Origin: Alphaproteobacteria bacterium UBA1218 | Lineage (GTDB): Bacteria; Pseudomonadota; Alphaproteobacteria; Rs-D84 | NCBI GenBank assembly: GCA_002309215.1 | Contig: DBXG01000006.1 | Location: 1-44,549, forward strand | Reading direction: 5' to 3' | Length of the DNA stretch: 44,549 bases | Shown: positions 1 through 8,612 of the stretch, piece after piece | Position numbering within the stretch: the first letter of the stretch is position 1 | Layout: every line of letters begins with the position of its first letter | The notes under the pieces: generated by a model | Seen by the model: the letters and a program-made list of their open reading frames with translations, nothing else | Databases searched by the model: none | What the model was told of the DNA's origin: nothing | Made by a program: the position numbers and the translations under genes

Positions 1-144
1 GCTTCTGTTGTTGCTGATGTTATCGAACAAAAACGTGATGACAAGGTTTTGGTGTTCAAGAAAAAACGTCGCCAAAATTATCGCAGAACTGCCGGACATC
101 GTCAGTTTATCACTGTTTTGAAAATCAAATCAATCAAGGCCTAA
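1..144 (+). CDS. rplU: 50S ribosomal protein L21, C-terminal part (gene begins upstream of the window)
   Basis: Frame 1 reads [47 protein letters not shown], which has the KRRxNYRRxxGHRQ tail typical of L21. It lies directly upstream of rpmA, as in the conserved rplU-rpmA pair. It is absent from the ORF track because it is 5'-truncated. Confidence 0.85.
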   Translation, partial: ASVVADVIEQKRDDKVLVFKKKRRQNYRRTAGHRQFITVLKIKSIKA

Positions 145-176
145 TCACAGACCACTAAAAAGTAAGGAGTTTAATT

Positions 177-440
177 ATGGCACATAAAAAAGCTGGTTCT
201 GCTTCTACAAACGGACGTGATTCAGCCGGACGTAGATTGGGTGTGAAGAAAAGTGGCGGCAGCCGCGTCATACCTGGAAATATCATTATTCGCCAACGTG
301 GAACATCTGTTCATCCTGGCTTGAATGTTGGTATGGGCAAAGATCATACTTTGTTTGCAAAAATTGCTGGTATCGTTTCTTTTAAACGTGGAAACGGCGA
401 CAGAAAGACTGTTTCTGTTGTACCAGACGAAGCAAAATAA
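177..440 (+). CDS. rpmA: 50S ribosomal protein L27
   Basis: [25 protein letters not shown]...[26 protein letters not shown] is the L27 signature. An AAGGAG SD lies at 164-169 and a hairpin terminator follows. Confidence 0.97.
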   Translation: MAHKKAGSASTNGRDSAGRRLGVKKSGGSRVIPGNIIIRQRGTSVHPGLNVGMGKDHTLFAKIAGIVSFKRGNGDRKTVSVVPDEAK

Positions 441-466
441 TAATCACAAATTGCTGATTGTTTTAT

Positions 467-494
467 ACCGCCGGTTTTTATCGGCGGTTTTTTG
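467..494 (+). terminator. Rho-independent terminator after rpmA
   Basis: The stem is accgccg (467-473) / cggcggt (482-488), followed by a T-run at 489-494. Confidence 0.8.
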
Positions 495-500
495 TTTCTG

Positions 501-625
501 GGGTCAAGTTCCCCTCCTGCGGAGGGGAGGGCCGGAACGGCAGGGTGGTCTTTTCGATATTCGTATTATCTGGAATCAAAGCCCCCCTCCCCCTTGCGGG
601 TACTCCTCCGCAGGAGGAGAACCTA
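501..625. repeat. GC-rich palindromic element: two 7-bp-stem hairpins that are inverted copies of each other, flanking about 75 bp
   Basis: Hairpin 1 is cccctcc-tgc-ggagggg (511-527). Hairpin 2 is ctcctcc-gca-ggaggag (603-619). The core cctcctgcggagg is the exact reverse complement of cctccgcaggagg. The segment is markedly GC-richer than the AT-rich intergenic DNA around it. Confidence 0.6.
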
Positions 626-671
626 AAATATGATTTTTATTCTTTATATTCTTTTTTTCATCCCTTTTTTG

Positions 672-680
672 TGGTATAAT
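672..680 (+). promoter_or_regulatory. Extended -10 promoter TGGTATAAT for the 694-2937 gene
   Basis: TGgTATAAT lies at 672-680, with the hexamer at 675-680. The start codon at 694 implies a very short leader. The same 9-mer recurs at 11145-11153 and, on the minus strand, at 42129-42137. Confidence 0.45.
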
Positions 681-693
681 ATATCCCAAGGAA

Positions 694-2937
694 ATGAAGA
701 AAATTACATCGCTTTTTTTCGTGGCTGTTTTGTATGCCGCCAATGCGTTGGCTGCGGCTGATACCACTATATCGCGTGTAATTCCTGGCAAATCAAACGG
801 TTTGATTGAAAATACAGATTCTGAACGTGGGGAAAGCGCTGTTGTAAATCGTGCTGCACGTCGTGTAAATATTGCAAATAATAGTGACACAAAATCTGTT
901 GCAACACGCGCAACAACCCGCACAAACAATACGGCAACCAGAAGTCAAAGCAAATCTGTTAATGTTGTTTCGCGTTCAGTAAACAATCAGAAATCACGTA
1001 CCACTTTGGATGAAGGGGTAAATACATTTGGTCGAAATGCGCGCGTAAACTCTGCCAGTATAAATAATGAGGGGTCGGTCAGACGTGCTGGCTTGACATT
1101 GCGTACAACTACGGCAGAGGTTGGCGGTCGTGCAAAAATCATTGGGACAGACAAGCAAACAGGATCGAATATTGATGAACAGGTTCGTAATGTTCATGGG
1201 CGTGCTTTGGCATTAAATGGTTTTGCAAAAACTAAACCACAACCTGTGGCGACTGCTGAATCTATTGCTAATGCAAAAGATGTTTTGGAAAAAACTGCAG
1301 ATTTAAACAATACATGTCAACAGCAATATAACGAATGTATGGATCAATTCTGTGCAGTTGTTGATGCTAATCAAAAACGTTGCAGTTGTTCTGCAAATTT
1401 GTCGCGTTATGTCAAGGCGCAAGAGGCCGTGGAACAGGCGAATACTGAATTAAACGATGTTGCACAACGCATACGTTATGTTGGGCTTTCTGCTGATGAA
1501 ATTCGTGCCATTATGTCCGAGACTGAAGCCGAAGAAGCGATGAAGAAAAACAAAGATACCAGTGAAAATCGTTCTTTGCTGGATGATATTGCAGATATGA
1601 TAAAAGACCCCAGTGCAAAGTCTTCTGCGTCAAATTATGATGTCAGTTCTATATTGGATATGGATTTTGACTTTACCGAAGATTCTGGTGATATATTTGG
1701 TCTGGGTATCAGTTTGGGAGGCTCGTCCAGTGACATCGCAAAAAAACGTGGCAGGGATTTGTATAATGAAGCAACAAAACGTTGTAAATCTGTGTTGACT
1801 AATTGCAAGGAGGCTGGTGGTACAGAATCACAAATAACTGGCAATTATGATTTGGCGATTGACAAAGATTGTGTTGCTTATCAGGCAGGTTTGGAAAAAT
1901 TAAATAAAACTTTGGTTTCTAATGTGCGTAGTGCAAATTTAATGTTGCAGAAAGCGCGCTTGGCAGTTTTGCAAAACAAGAATCAGTATGATATTCGTGG
2001 GTGTATTGGTGCGCTGGAAAAATGCATGCTGGATGATATGGTCTGTGGCGATGGCTATCTGAAATGTTTGGATCCAACCAAGAAATACATAGACGAAAAT
2101 GGCGAAGTTGTTTTAGGCCAACAAATAACAAAAATTACACAGTTTATGACATCATACGATAATTCTAAAATTGATCGTGATTTTGTCAGAAATTCACCGT
2201 CCAGTTGTGCTGGTAGCAGTGATGGTGGTTGCATTGTGAACTATTTATTATCTAAGATTGGAACAGGGCAGACGATCAAAGACGGTGGTTTGTGTCGTGC
2301 TGTGCTGGATAAATGTCAAGATTATACATATACAACAAATAATAATACATCGACATACAAACAATATAATGATGTTGTTGTGAACTATATCCAACGCGCA
2401 ATGGTAAATATCAAGGCTGCACAATCAAAAATAATATCTGATTATGCGTCAAGTTGTTTGTCTGATATGTCAGATTGTTATAATCTGCAGATAACGCAAA
2501 TCAATTCTTTGACGGATGTTGCAAACATAGAAACTGTGCGACAGGTTATGACTGGTGCGTGTCATAACGTTGCATTAACGTGTGGTTATGCGGTTTTAGC
2601 GAATGAACTAAGCGACTCGGATACAGACGAAGATGTTGTTACAAAAATATCAGAAGTGTTTTACCAATCATTATTATGCCCAGAAAACTCAACGTATGAT
2701 CCAAATGATTCGCACACCACAAGTATAAACAGAAAGACCAGTACCTCATCGGCTTATGCATGGGTTAATTCACGTTGCAAATGTGATATTGGTTATACTG
2801 TTTGGAATGGTAGTTGTTTGCAGCAGTGCGCAACCAACCAATATCGTAATGCTTCGGGGGTTTGTGTTTCTGGATGTGCATCAAGTAAGTTGAAAAGAGA
2901 AACGGGCGAGTCAGAATATAGCAGATGTGACGAATAA
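694..2937 (+). CDS. Secreted cysteine-rich protein of unknown function (747 aa)
   Basis: The signal peptide is MKKITSLFFVAVLYAANALAAA. About 190 aa of basic Ser/Thr/Asn/Arg-rich low-complexity sequence follows, then a region with 28 Cys (my count), including seven C-x6/7-C pairs and an EGF/furin-like Cys cluster at the C-terminus. A terminator follows. I recognised no family. Confidence 0.8.
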   Translation: MKKITSLFFVAVLYAANALAAADTTISRVIPGKSNGLIENTDSERGESAVVNRAARRVNIANNSDTKSVATRATTRTNNTATRSQSKSVNVVSRSVNNQKSRTTLDEGVNTFGRNARVNSASINNEGSVRRAGLTLRTTTAEVGGRAKIIGTDKQTGSNIDEQVRNVHGRALALNGFAKTKPQPVATAESIANAKDVLEKTADLNNTCQQQYNECMDQFCAVVDANQKRCSCSANLSRYVKAQEAVEQANTELNDVAQRIRYVGLSADEIRAIMSETEAEEAMKKNKDTSENRSLLDDIADMIKDPSAKSSASNYDVSSILDMDFDFTEDSGDIFGLGISLGGSSSDIAKKRGRDLYNEATKRCKSVLTNCKEAGGTESQITGNYDLAIDKDCVAYQAGLEKLNKTLVSNVRSANLMLQKARLAVLQNKNQYDIRGCIGALEKCMLDDMVCGDGYLKCLDPTKKYIDENGEVVLGQQITKITQFMTSYDNSKIDRDFVRNSPSSCAGSSDGGCIVNYLLSKIGTGQTIKDGGLCRAVLDKCQDYTYTTNNNTSTYKQYNDVVVNYIQRAMVNIKAAQSKIISDYASSCLSDMSDCYNLQITQINSLTDVANIETVRQVMTGACHNVALTCGYAVLANELSDSDTDEDVVTKISEVFYQSLLCPENSTYDPNDSHTTSINRKTSTSSAYAWVNSRCKCDIGYTVWNGSCLQQCATNQYRNASGVCVSGCASSKLKRETGESEYSRCDE

Positions 2938-2941
2938 CAAT

Positions 2942-2968
2942 AAAAACCGAACGTTTGTTCGGTTTTTT
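2942..2968. terminator. Bidirectional hairpin terminator between the 694-2937 gene and dnaQ
   Basis: The stem ccgaac (2947-2952) / gttcgg (2957-2962) is flanked by an A-run (2942-2946) and a T-run (2963-2968). Confidence 0.75.
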
Positions 2969-3671
2969 ATTTATCTGAATTTAACAATTTATCCATAAAT
3001 TCGTTATGGATTTGCAGTTCGTCTTCTGGTACTGGAAAACTGCGTTTTGGAAAATCTGTGCCAATTTTTGGGTGTTTCAAGAAAGCAGCATGTTGTTCGT
3101 CCATAAATTCGTTTATATCTTGTGCTGGGGCGGTGTTTTCCAACTCCAAATATACATGCGCCAAAATTTCTGCGTCAATCAAAGCGCCATGGGCATCTGC
3201 ACGTGCAGTCAAAGATACACCAAACCATTTGGCCAATGCGTCCAATGTATAAGCCTTGGGACCAAAGACACGATTTCGCGCAATTACAATAGAATCCAAC
3301 ATCTGATTACGTGGTATCGGTTTCAGATTCAACTTTTCCAATTCATAATTTATAAACGGAAAGTCAAAGTCCAAACCATTGTGCGCAACAATTTGGGAAT
3401 CACCGATAAATTCTAAAAACTTTGGTGCAATTACGGACATTTTGGGTTTATCTTCCAAAAAAGCATTTGATATTTTATGCACCATATATGTTTCAGGTGG
3501 AATGATTTTACCTTCTGGATTGATGTATTCATGAAAAGTATTTTCTGTTAATTTGCCGTCAACCAATTCCACAGCGCCAATTTCAATGCAACGATCGCCG
3601 CGCATGTATTCAAAGCCTGTGGTTTCAATATCAAAGCAAATTATTCGTGTCATAATTAATCCATAATTCAT
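2967..3671 (-). CDS. dnaQ: DNA polymerase III epsilon subunit (3'-5' proofreading exonuclease)
   Basis: The three exonuclease motifs are present: Exo I CFDIETTG, Exo II VAHNGLDFDFPF, Exo III HGALIDAEILAHVY. Length is about 230 aa. The true start may be the internal ATG at 3653 (MTRIICFD). Confidence 0.9.
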   Translation of the reverse strand: MNYGLIMTRIICFDIETTGFEYMRGDRCIEIGAVELVDGKLTENTFHEYINPEGKIIPPETYMVHKISNAFLEDKPKMSVIAPKFLEFIGDSQIVAHNGLDFDFPFINYELEKLNLKPIPRNQMLDSIVIARNRVFGPKAYTLDALAKWFGVSLTARADAHGALIDAEILAHVYLELENTAPAQDINEFMDEQHAAFLKHPKIGTDFPKRSFPVPEDELQIHNEFMDKLLNSDK

Positions 3672-3720
3672 ATAACAAAGTGATTGTATAGAAATCTTTT
3701 ATAAATTACAATACGGAAAA

Positions 3721-5808
3721 TTGGAAAAATATATGCACTATATGGATAATCTTAACCCAGAACAAAAATTAGCGGTCACAACAACCGAAGGGCCTTTGTT
3801 AGTGCTGTCTGGTGCAGGAACAGGTAAAACGCGCGTTTTAACATCCAGAATTGCACATATTTTAAGTGAACATTTGGCTTTGCCATGGCAAATATTGTCT
3901 TTGACTTTTACTAACAAAGCCGCCAATGAAATGCGATTCAGAATTGCGCAATATGGCGAAATTGCACATTTGTGTATGGATTTATGGATGGGAACTTTTC
4001 ATTCGATATGTTTGCGAATTTTGCGGTCTAATTATTCAATGGCTGGATTGCAACGTGATTTTTTGATTTATGGCGAAGACGATCAAAAGGCTGTGTTAAA
4101 ACGTGTGATAACAAATCTTGGATTGGATACCAAGGAGTTTAATCCGTCTGATTGGGTGGAAAAAATATCGTCGATTAAAGACAAAGGTATATATGAACTG
4201 GAAAAAATACCATTAGCAGCGACCAGTCAGAAAATATTAGTCGCATATAACGCAGAACTTGCCCGTCTGAACGCAATTGACTTTGGTGATATAATCTTGT
4301 TCGTTATAAAATTATTCGTGTCCCAGCCTGAATTTTTAAGCAAATACCAGCATCAATTCAAATATATCTTGGTTGATGAGTTTCAAGATACCAATGCGGC
4401 GCAAATGATATTGCTGAAAATGCTGACCAAAGATATTGAAAATCCGAATATTTGTTGTGTTGGTGATGATGACCAGTCTATATATTCGTGGCGTGGCGCA
4501 GAAATCAGAAATATTTTGGAATTCGAACAAACTTATCCTGGGGCAAAAATTATTCGTCTGGAAACAAATTATCGCAGCAGCGGAAATATACTTGGTGCTG
4601 CCAATTCATTGATAAAACATAATACAGGCAGGTTGGGCAAAGATTTAAGATGTGCGCCAAATACAGATATGGGTGAACCTGTATATGTTTTGTCTTTGCC
4701 GAACGAATGGGACGAAGCGCGTTTTGTTGCAGATACAATTATCCGAAACGGTGATAATAATTTTTCTGATTTTGCAATATTGATTCGTGCAGGTTCTCTT
4801 TCCAGAACATTCGAAGAAGAGTTTGCGTCACGTGGTTTGCCTTATAAATTGGTTGGTGCAACAAGATTCTATGATCGTGCAGAAATTCGCGATGCAATCG
4901 CCTATATAAGGTTATTAGTTTATCCGTTTGATGATATATCTTTTGAACGAATTATATCTAAACCGCGTCGTGGTTTTGGGGATAGCGCGATTGCTAAATT
5001 GCGTGCATGTGGGAAAAGTTTAATGGACGGATTGAAAATTGCAAATTTATCTGCAAAACAAAATCTGGCTGCCCAAGATTTTCTGAATGCTTTTGATTTT
5101 GATTGGCAAAACACAACACCAAAAGATGCTGTATCGCAGTTGTTGGAAAACTCTGGTTATATGAATATGTGGCGTCAATCCAAAGATAACGATGCCGAAG
5201 AACGCATAGAACACATTCGTGAGTTGATTGATGGTGTTGTTTCTAAATACGATACCTTACCTGCATTTTTGGAACATGCCGCATTAATGATGACTGATGA
5301 TAATGACAATGAAAACGATGATAAAAATGTGGTCAGTATTATGACGATTCATGCTGCCAAAGGTTTGGAATTTAATACTGTGTTTTTACCGGGGTGGGAA
5401 GAAGGAATATTCCCAAACGATAAAACAACCAAAGAAGGCGATTTAGAAGAAGAGCGTCGTTTGGCCTATGTTGCGATTACGCGTGCGCGTGTTCGTGCTA
5501 TAATAACAAACGCGATGGTGCGTTCTGTATTCGGACAACGACAGTATCAATCCGAATCTCGTTTCATAAATGAAATCGATAAACAATTTATGAATATCCA
5601 AGGGCATAGTTATTCTAAACCTAATCAATCTTATCAAACGCAATCAAAACCAAAACAATCCAAATCTGAATCTGTGGTTGGTAAAATGGTTGTACATGCA
5701 GAAATGGGTGCTGGTGTAGTAATTGCAGAAAACAATAATATTTTAACAGTCGCTTTCAAGAACAAAGGTATTAAAAACGTCGCGCGTGATTTTTTACGTT
5801 TTGTTTGA
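3721..5808 (+). CDS. uvrD: UvrD/Rep/PcrA-family ATP-dependent DNA helicase
   Basis: SF1 helicase motifs are present: LSGAGTGKTRV (Walker A), ILVDEFQDTN, CVGDDDQSIYSWRGA, LETNYRS, TIHAAKGLEF, LAYVAITRAR. 3721 is a TTG; ATG at 3733 or 3742 (MDNLNPEQKLAV) is a plausible real start. Confidence 0.9.
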   Translation: MEKYMHYMDNLNPEQKLAVTTTEGPLLVLSGAGTGKTRVLTSRIAHILSEHLALPWQILSLTFTNKAANEMRFRIAQYGEIAHLCMDLWMGTFHSICLRILRSNYSMAGLQRDFLIYGEDDQKAVLKRVITNLGLDTKEFNPSDWVEKISSIKDKGIYELEKIPLAATSQKILVAYNAELARLNAIDFGDIILFVIKLFVSQPEFLSKYQHQFKYILVDEFQDTNAAQMILLKMLTKDIENPNICCVGDDDQSIYSWRGAEIRNILEFEQTYPGAKIIRLETNYRSSGNILGAANSLIKHNTGRLGKDLRCAPNTDMGEPVYVLSLPNEWDEARFVADTIIRNGDNNFSDFAILIRAGSLSRTFEEEFASRGLPYKLVGATRFYDRAEIRDAIAYIRLLVYPFDDISFERIISKPRRGFGDSAIAKLRACGKSLMDGLKIANLSAKQNLAAQDFLNAFDFDWQNTTPKDAVSQLLENSGYMNMWRQSKDNDAEERIEHIRELIDGVVSKYDTLPAFLEHAALMMTDDNDNENDDKNVVSIMTIHAAKGLEFNTVFLPGWEEGIFPNDKTTKEGDLEEERRLAYVAITRARVRAIITNAMVRSVFGQRQYQSESRFINEIDKQFMNIQGHSYSKPNQSYQTQSKPKQSKSESVVGKMVVHAEMGAGVVIAENNNILTVAFKNKGIKNVARDFLRFV

Positions 5809-5809
5809 T

Positions 5810-7150
5810 TTACTTTTTTAGCCAAGTTTGTGCTAGTTTTGTTGCAAGATTTTTTGCGTTGCCCCATACGGTTTTTGCAGCATCTTGGAATTGTTTGGTA
5901 TACATGTTATCGACATTGCCACCAATTTTTTTCGCTAAACTATCAGTCTGATTTGCAAAATATAAAACCAAATAACCAGCCAAGATAGTCGTTATCACAG
6001 AACCAACTGAATATCCACCGTTGCTGTCCAAAGATATAATATTTGCCAATAATGCAGCGCATATTGCAATTACAATTGATAAACTGACAAAATACACCGC
6101 AGCATTTACGAACACAAATAATACGCTTGTTAGTTTTTGCGTGTTAAATACTTTTAATAGACCATTGAATACTTGACCTGCAATATTCTTTTCTGAATTT
6201 GATGGCATAGATTCTGCCAATGCGGTAAAAGGCAACATCATCAATGTTAAAAATAAACTTGTAGCGATACCCAATGCCATAAACGCATATTTGAATATAC
6301 ATTTTACAAATATAACAATTGATACAATACCAACAACTATCATTGTTATACTGTGTCCCAGCCCGTATTTTATCCATTGAAAACCCGTTGCTGTCGCGTG
6401 ATAAAAATATATAGATATACGCGATGGCAGACACATTATATTGGCAGCGGTATCTGCATCAACCAATAAATCTAATGATTTGTCTGCGTTTACATAATTG
6501 TGAATTGCGGCGCATGTATCAGGAATATTGACTTTGTAAGTTTCTGCAACGGCCCCCAATATAAAGTCAGACAAATATGTTCCCAGTGCTAAAATTGGAG
6601 ACACAATCATCGAGAAAATCTTTATTGGACCATAGTTTAATATAACAATCCATATAACGATGGTAATCCCTTGCTTGAATATGTTATACAAAGCGGTCTT
6701 GTAATCGCCTGAATCACGAATAAGTTTATATGCTTCCATTCCAACCCCAAAAATATACATAAACAATAAAAATATAACTGCAAATTGAACCAATGACATT
6801 TGTAAAACAGTATCAATCACCGATAAAGCCTTCATCAACATTAAACCCAGTTTCGCCTCAATTGGTACAAAAGTATCAGGATTCAAATCGATTTTGGGTT
6901 CGAATTTATCAAAATCTTTGGAAATGTTTTGATTAAATGTTGTTATATCATTTGTGTCTAACCAATTTTTTTGTTCTGTTGGTTGTTCTGAGTTTTGTTC
7001 TTGTTCAGATGTTATTTCCTGGTCAACAATTTGTTCTGGTATTGAATCTTGGTCAGCAGGTAAAAGTTCTTCGCCATAAACACCGCGTATGCAAAATACG
7101 CATAATATGCAAATTATAAATCTCGATAATAATTTCACAATTCGCATCAA
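5810..7150 (-). CDS. Multi-pass membrane protein, paralog 1 of 5 (TrbL/VirB6-like, tentative), with a signal peptide and an acidic Gln/Glu-rich N-terminal region
   Basis: It has a signal-like N-terminus, then EELLPADQDSIPEQIVDQEITSEQEQNSEQ, then many long hydrophobic helices. It shares the motif IVSPILALGTYL, a two-Cys loop and MLPFTAL with the neighbouring paralogs. It ends in WLKK. Confidence 0.75.
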   Translation of the reverse strand: MMRIVKLLSRFIICILCVFCIRGVYGEELLPADQDSIPEQIVDQEITSEQEQNSEQPTEQKNWLDTNDITTFNQNISKDFDKFEPKIDLNPDTFVPIEAKLGLMLMKALSVIDTVLQMSLVQFAVIFLLFMYIFGVGMEAYKLIRDSGDYKTALYNIFKQGITIVIWIVILNYGPIKIFSMIVSPILALGTYLSDFILGAVAETYKVNIPDTCAAIHNYVNADKSLDLLVDADTAANIMCLPSRISIYFYHATATGFQWIKYGLGHSITMIVVGIVSIVIFVKCIFKYAFMALGIATSLFLTLMMLPFTALAESMPSNSEKNIAGQVFNGLLKVFNTQKLTSVLFVFVNAAVYFVSLSIVIAICAALLANIISLDSNGGYSVGSVITTILAGYLVLYFANQTDSLAKKIGGNVDNMYTKQFQDAAKTVWGNAKNLATKLAQTWLKK

Positions 7151-7161
7151 GATGTTTCCTT

Positions 7162-8607
7162 TTACTTTTTCATATTACCTTTGATTGCATCAAATATTTT
7201 TGCTGGTGCTTTGTAAACCATCACACCAAAATTTTTTACCCAAGTACCATAATTAAAGTTTTCTTTTGCAGGGCTACCAATTATTTTGTTGATTTCTGGT
7301 GAAATAATCCATAAATACAGAAACGCAACCCCAATCATGAACATCAAGAAATAAAAACCATCGTCCATAAAATCAAAAGCATCAGGATATTTCTTTGTGA
7401 CGACAGTTTTTTGTGCATTAAAACAGGCTACAAACTTATCTTTATCCATTTTGCCATCAATCAAGGCAACCTTTTCACATTCTGAAAATACAGCCATCAC
7501 CGACATAGTTTGTGCATCAGAGTTTTTAGGTGCGATTTGTCCAAACATTGGGGGCATAATAGTTGTAAAACCGTCCGTTGGACCCGGATAAAAACTGTCT
7601 GCAGAAAAATACACAACTGCATAGATTAAAGATATCTTTACACTAATTTTTATTATGCTAACAGCAGAATCAACCAATATGTTTATGGCGGATTCTGGTA
7701 GGTTTTTAGCAATTTTCCAAACTTCTTCAAACGCATATGCTGCTATGAAAAACGGCATAAATACGATAATAAAGATTAATTTGAAAATGACATTTAATAC
7801 CTGAAATACCAAATCAAACCCAATTGCTAAAAATATTAAAACCAACGCAAGTCCAGCTAACCAAGTAAATAGTCCCCCACCAAGTCCAAGCCAAGAATAA
7901 TTCATCAAAGCAAATCCACCGCCTGCACCAGCCAGCATTACTGTATTCAGATTACCCATAACGCACATAAACGGTTTTAATATAGGTGTTAAAACATTTT
8001 GTGATGATTCTGAATCCAAAGAAATATCACATTGTGCGTCGCTGATAACGCCTGTCACAGCCAAAGACAATGTTGTTCCAACATACATAACTGGTGTCAC
8101 TGTGATATTTGTTATTGTTTTCAATGCGGTTGTTCCAGACCAATTTAATGCGCCAATCAAAGCACCAGCAATAATAACCCGCAATCCTGTTTTCCAAACT
8201 TTTGTGAACCATTTTTGGAAATCAAGTTTTGGTTCGTTGCCGGATAAATCTTTGATATCTTTAGAAGCTGCTTGTTCATGAATGTATGACACAGTATGCA
8301 AAATGATAAATATCCCAAAACCAACAGCCATCAGTATCCACAAGTGTTTAACTATACCAGTCCAGAACATTTCTGTGGCGCGACCAATAACATCAAATAA
8401 ATCTGCAATATATCCACACAAGAAACATCCGTTTGCAGATGCAATATCACCAGTCTGGACACCGATTTGTTGCATAAAATTACTGACGCTGGTATAGGAT
8501 AAAGATGCACCATTAATAGAAGAACTTAGATACCAAATACCAACCCCAAGTGCTGTAACAGCGCTTAAAACTTTTATCAACCAAGATATAAGCCAAGCAT
8601 ATGCCAT
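7162..8607 (-). CDS. Multi-pass membrane protein, paralog 2 of 5 (TrbL/VirB6-like, tentative)
   Basis: The N-terminal CFLCGYIADLF motif is followed by a TM helix. It has TVTPVMYVGTTL, a two-Cys loop (DAQCDIS...FMCVMG) and a MPFFIAAY helix, and it ends in NMKK. The start lies 5 nt after the upstream gene's stop. Confidence 0.75.
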   Translation of the reverse strand: MAYAWLISWLIKVLSAVTALGVGIWYLSSSINGASLSYTSVSNFMQQIGVQTGDIASANGCFLCGYIADLFDVIGRATEMFWTGIVKHLWILMAVGFGIFIILHTVSYIHEQAASKDIKDLSGNEPKLDFQKWFTKVWKTGLRVIIAGALIGALNWSGTTALKTITNITVTPVMYVGTTLSLAVTGVISDAQCDISLDSESSQNVLTPILKPFMCVMGNLNTVMLAGAGGGFALMNYSWLGLGGGLFTWLAGLALVLIFLAIGFDLVFQVLNVIFKLIFIIVFMPFFIAAYAFEEVWKIAKNLPESAINILVDSAVSIIKISVKISLIYAVVYFSADSFYPGPTDGFTTIMPPMFGQIAPKNSDAQTMSVMAVFSECEKVALIDGKMDKDKFVACFNAQKTVVTKKYPDAFDFMDDGFYFLMFMIGVAFLYLWIISPEINKIIGSPAKENFNYGTWVKNFGVMVYKAPAKIFDAIKGNMKK

Positions 8608-8612
8608 ATTTA

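Noticed and set aside
325-929. Three ORF-track ORFs (325-633 +, 458-679 +, 576-929 -) cross the rpmA terminator and the GC-rich palindromic element.
   Set aside because: They overlap rpmA, a terminator, a repeat element and the start of the 694 gene. Their translations are Pro/Gly/Arg-rich artefacts of the GC-rich palindromes, and they have no SD.
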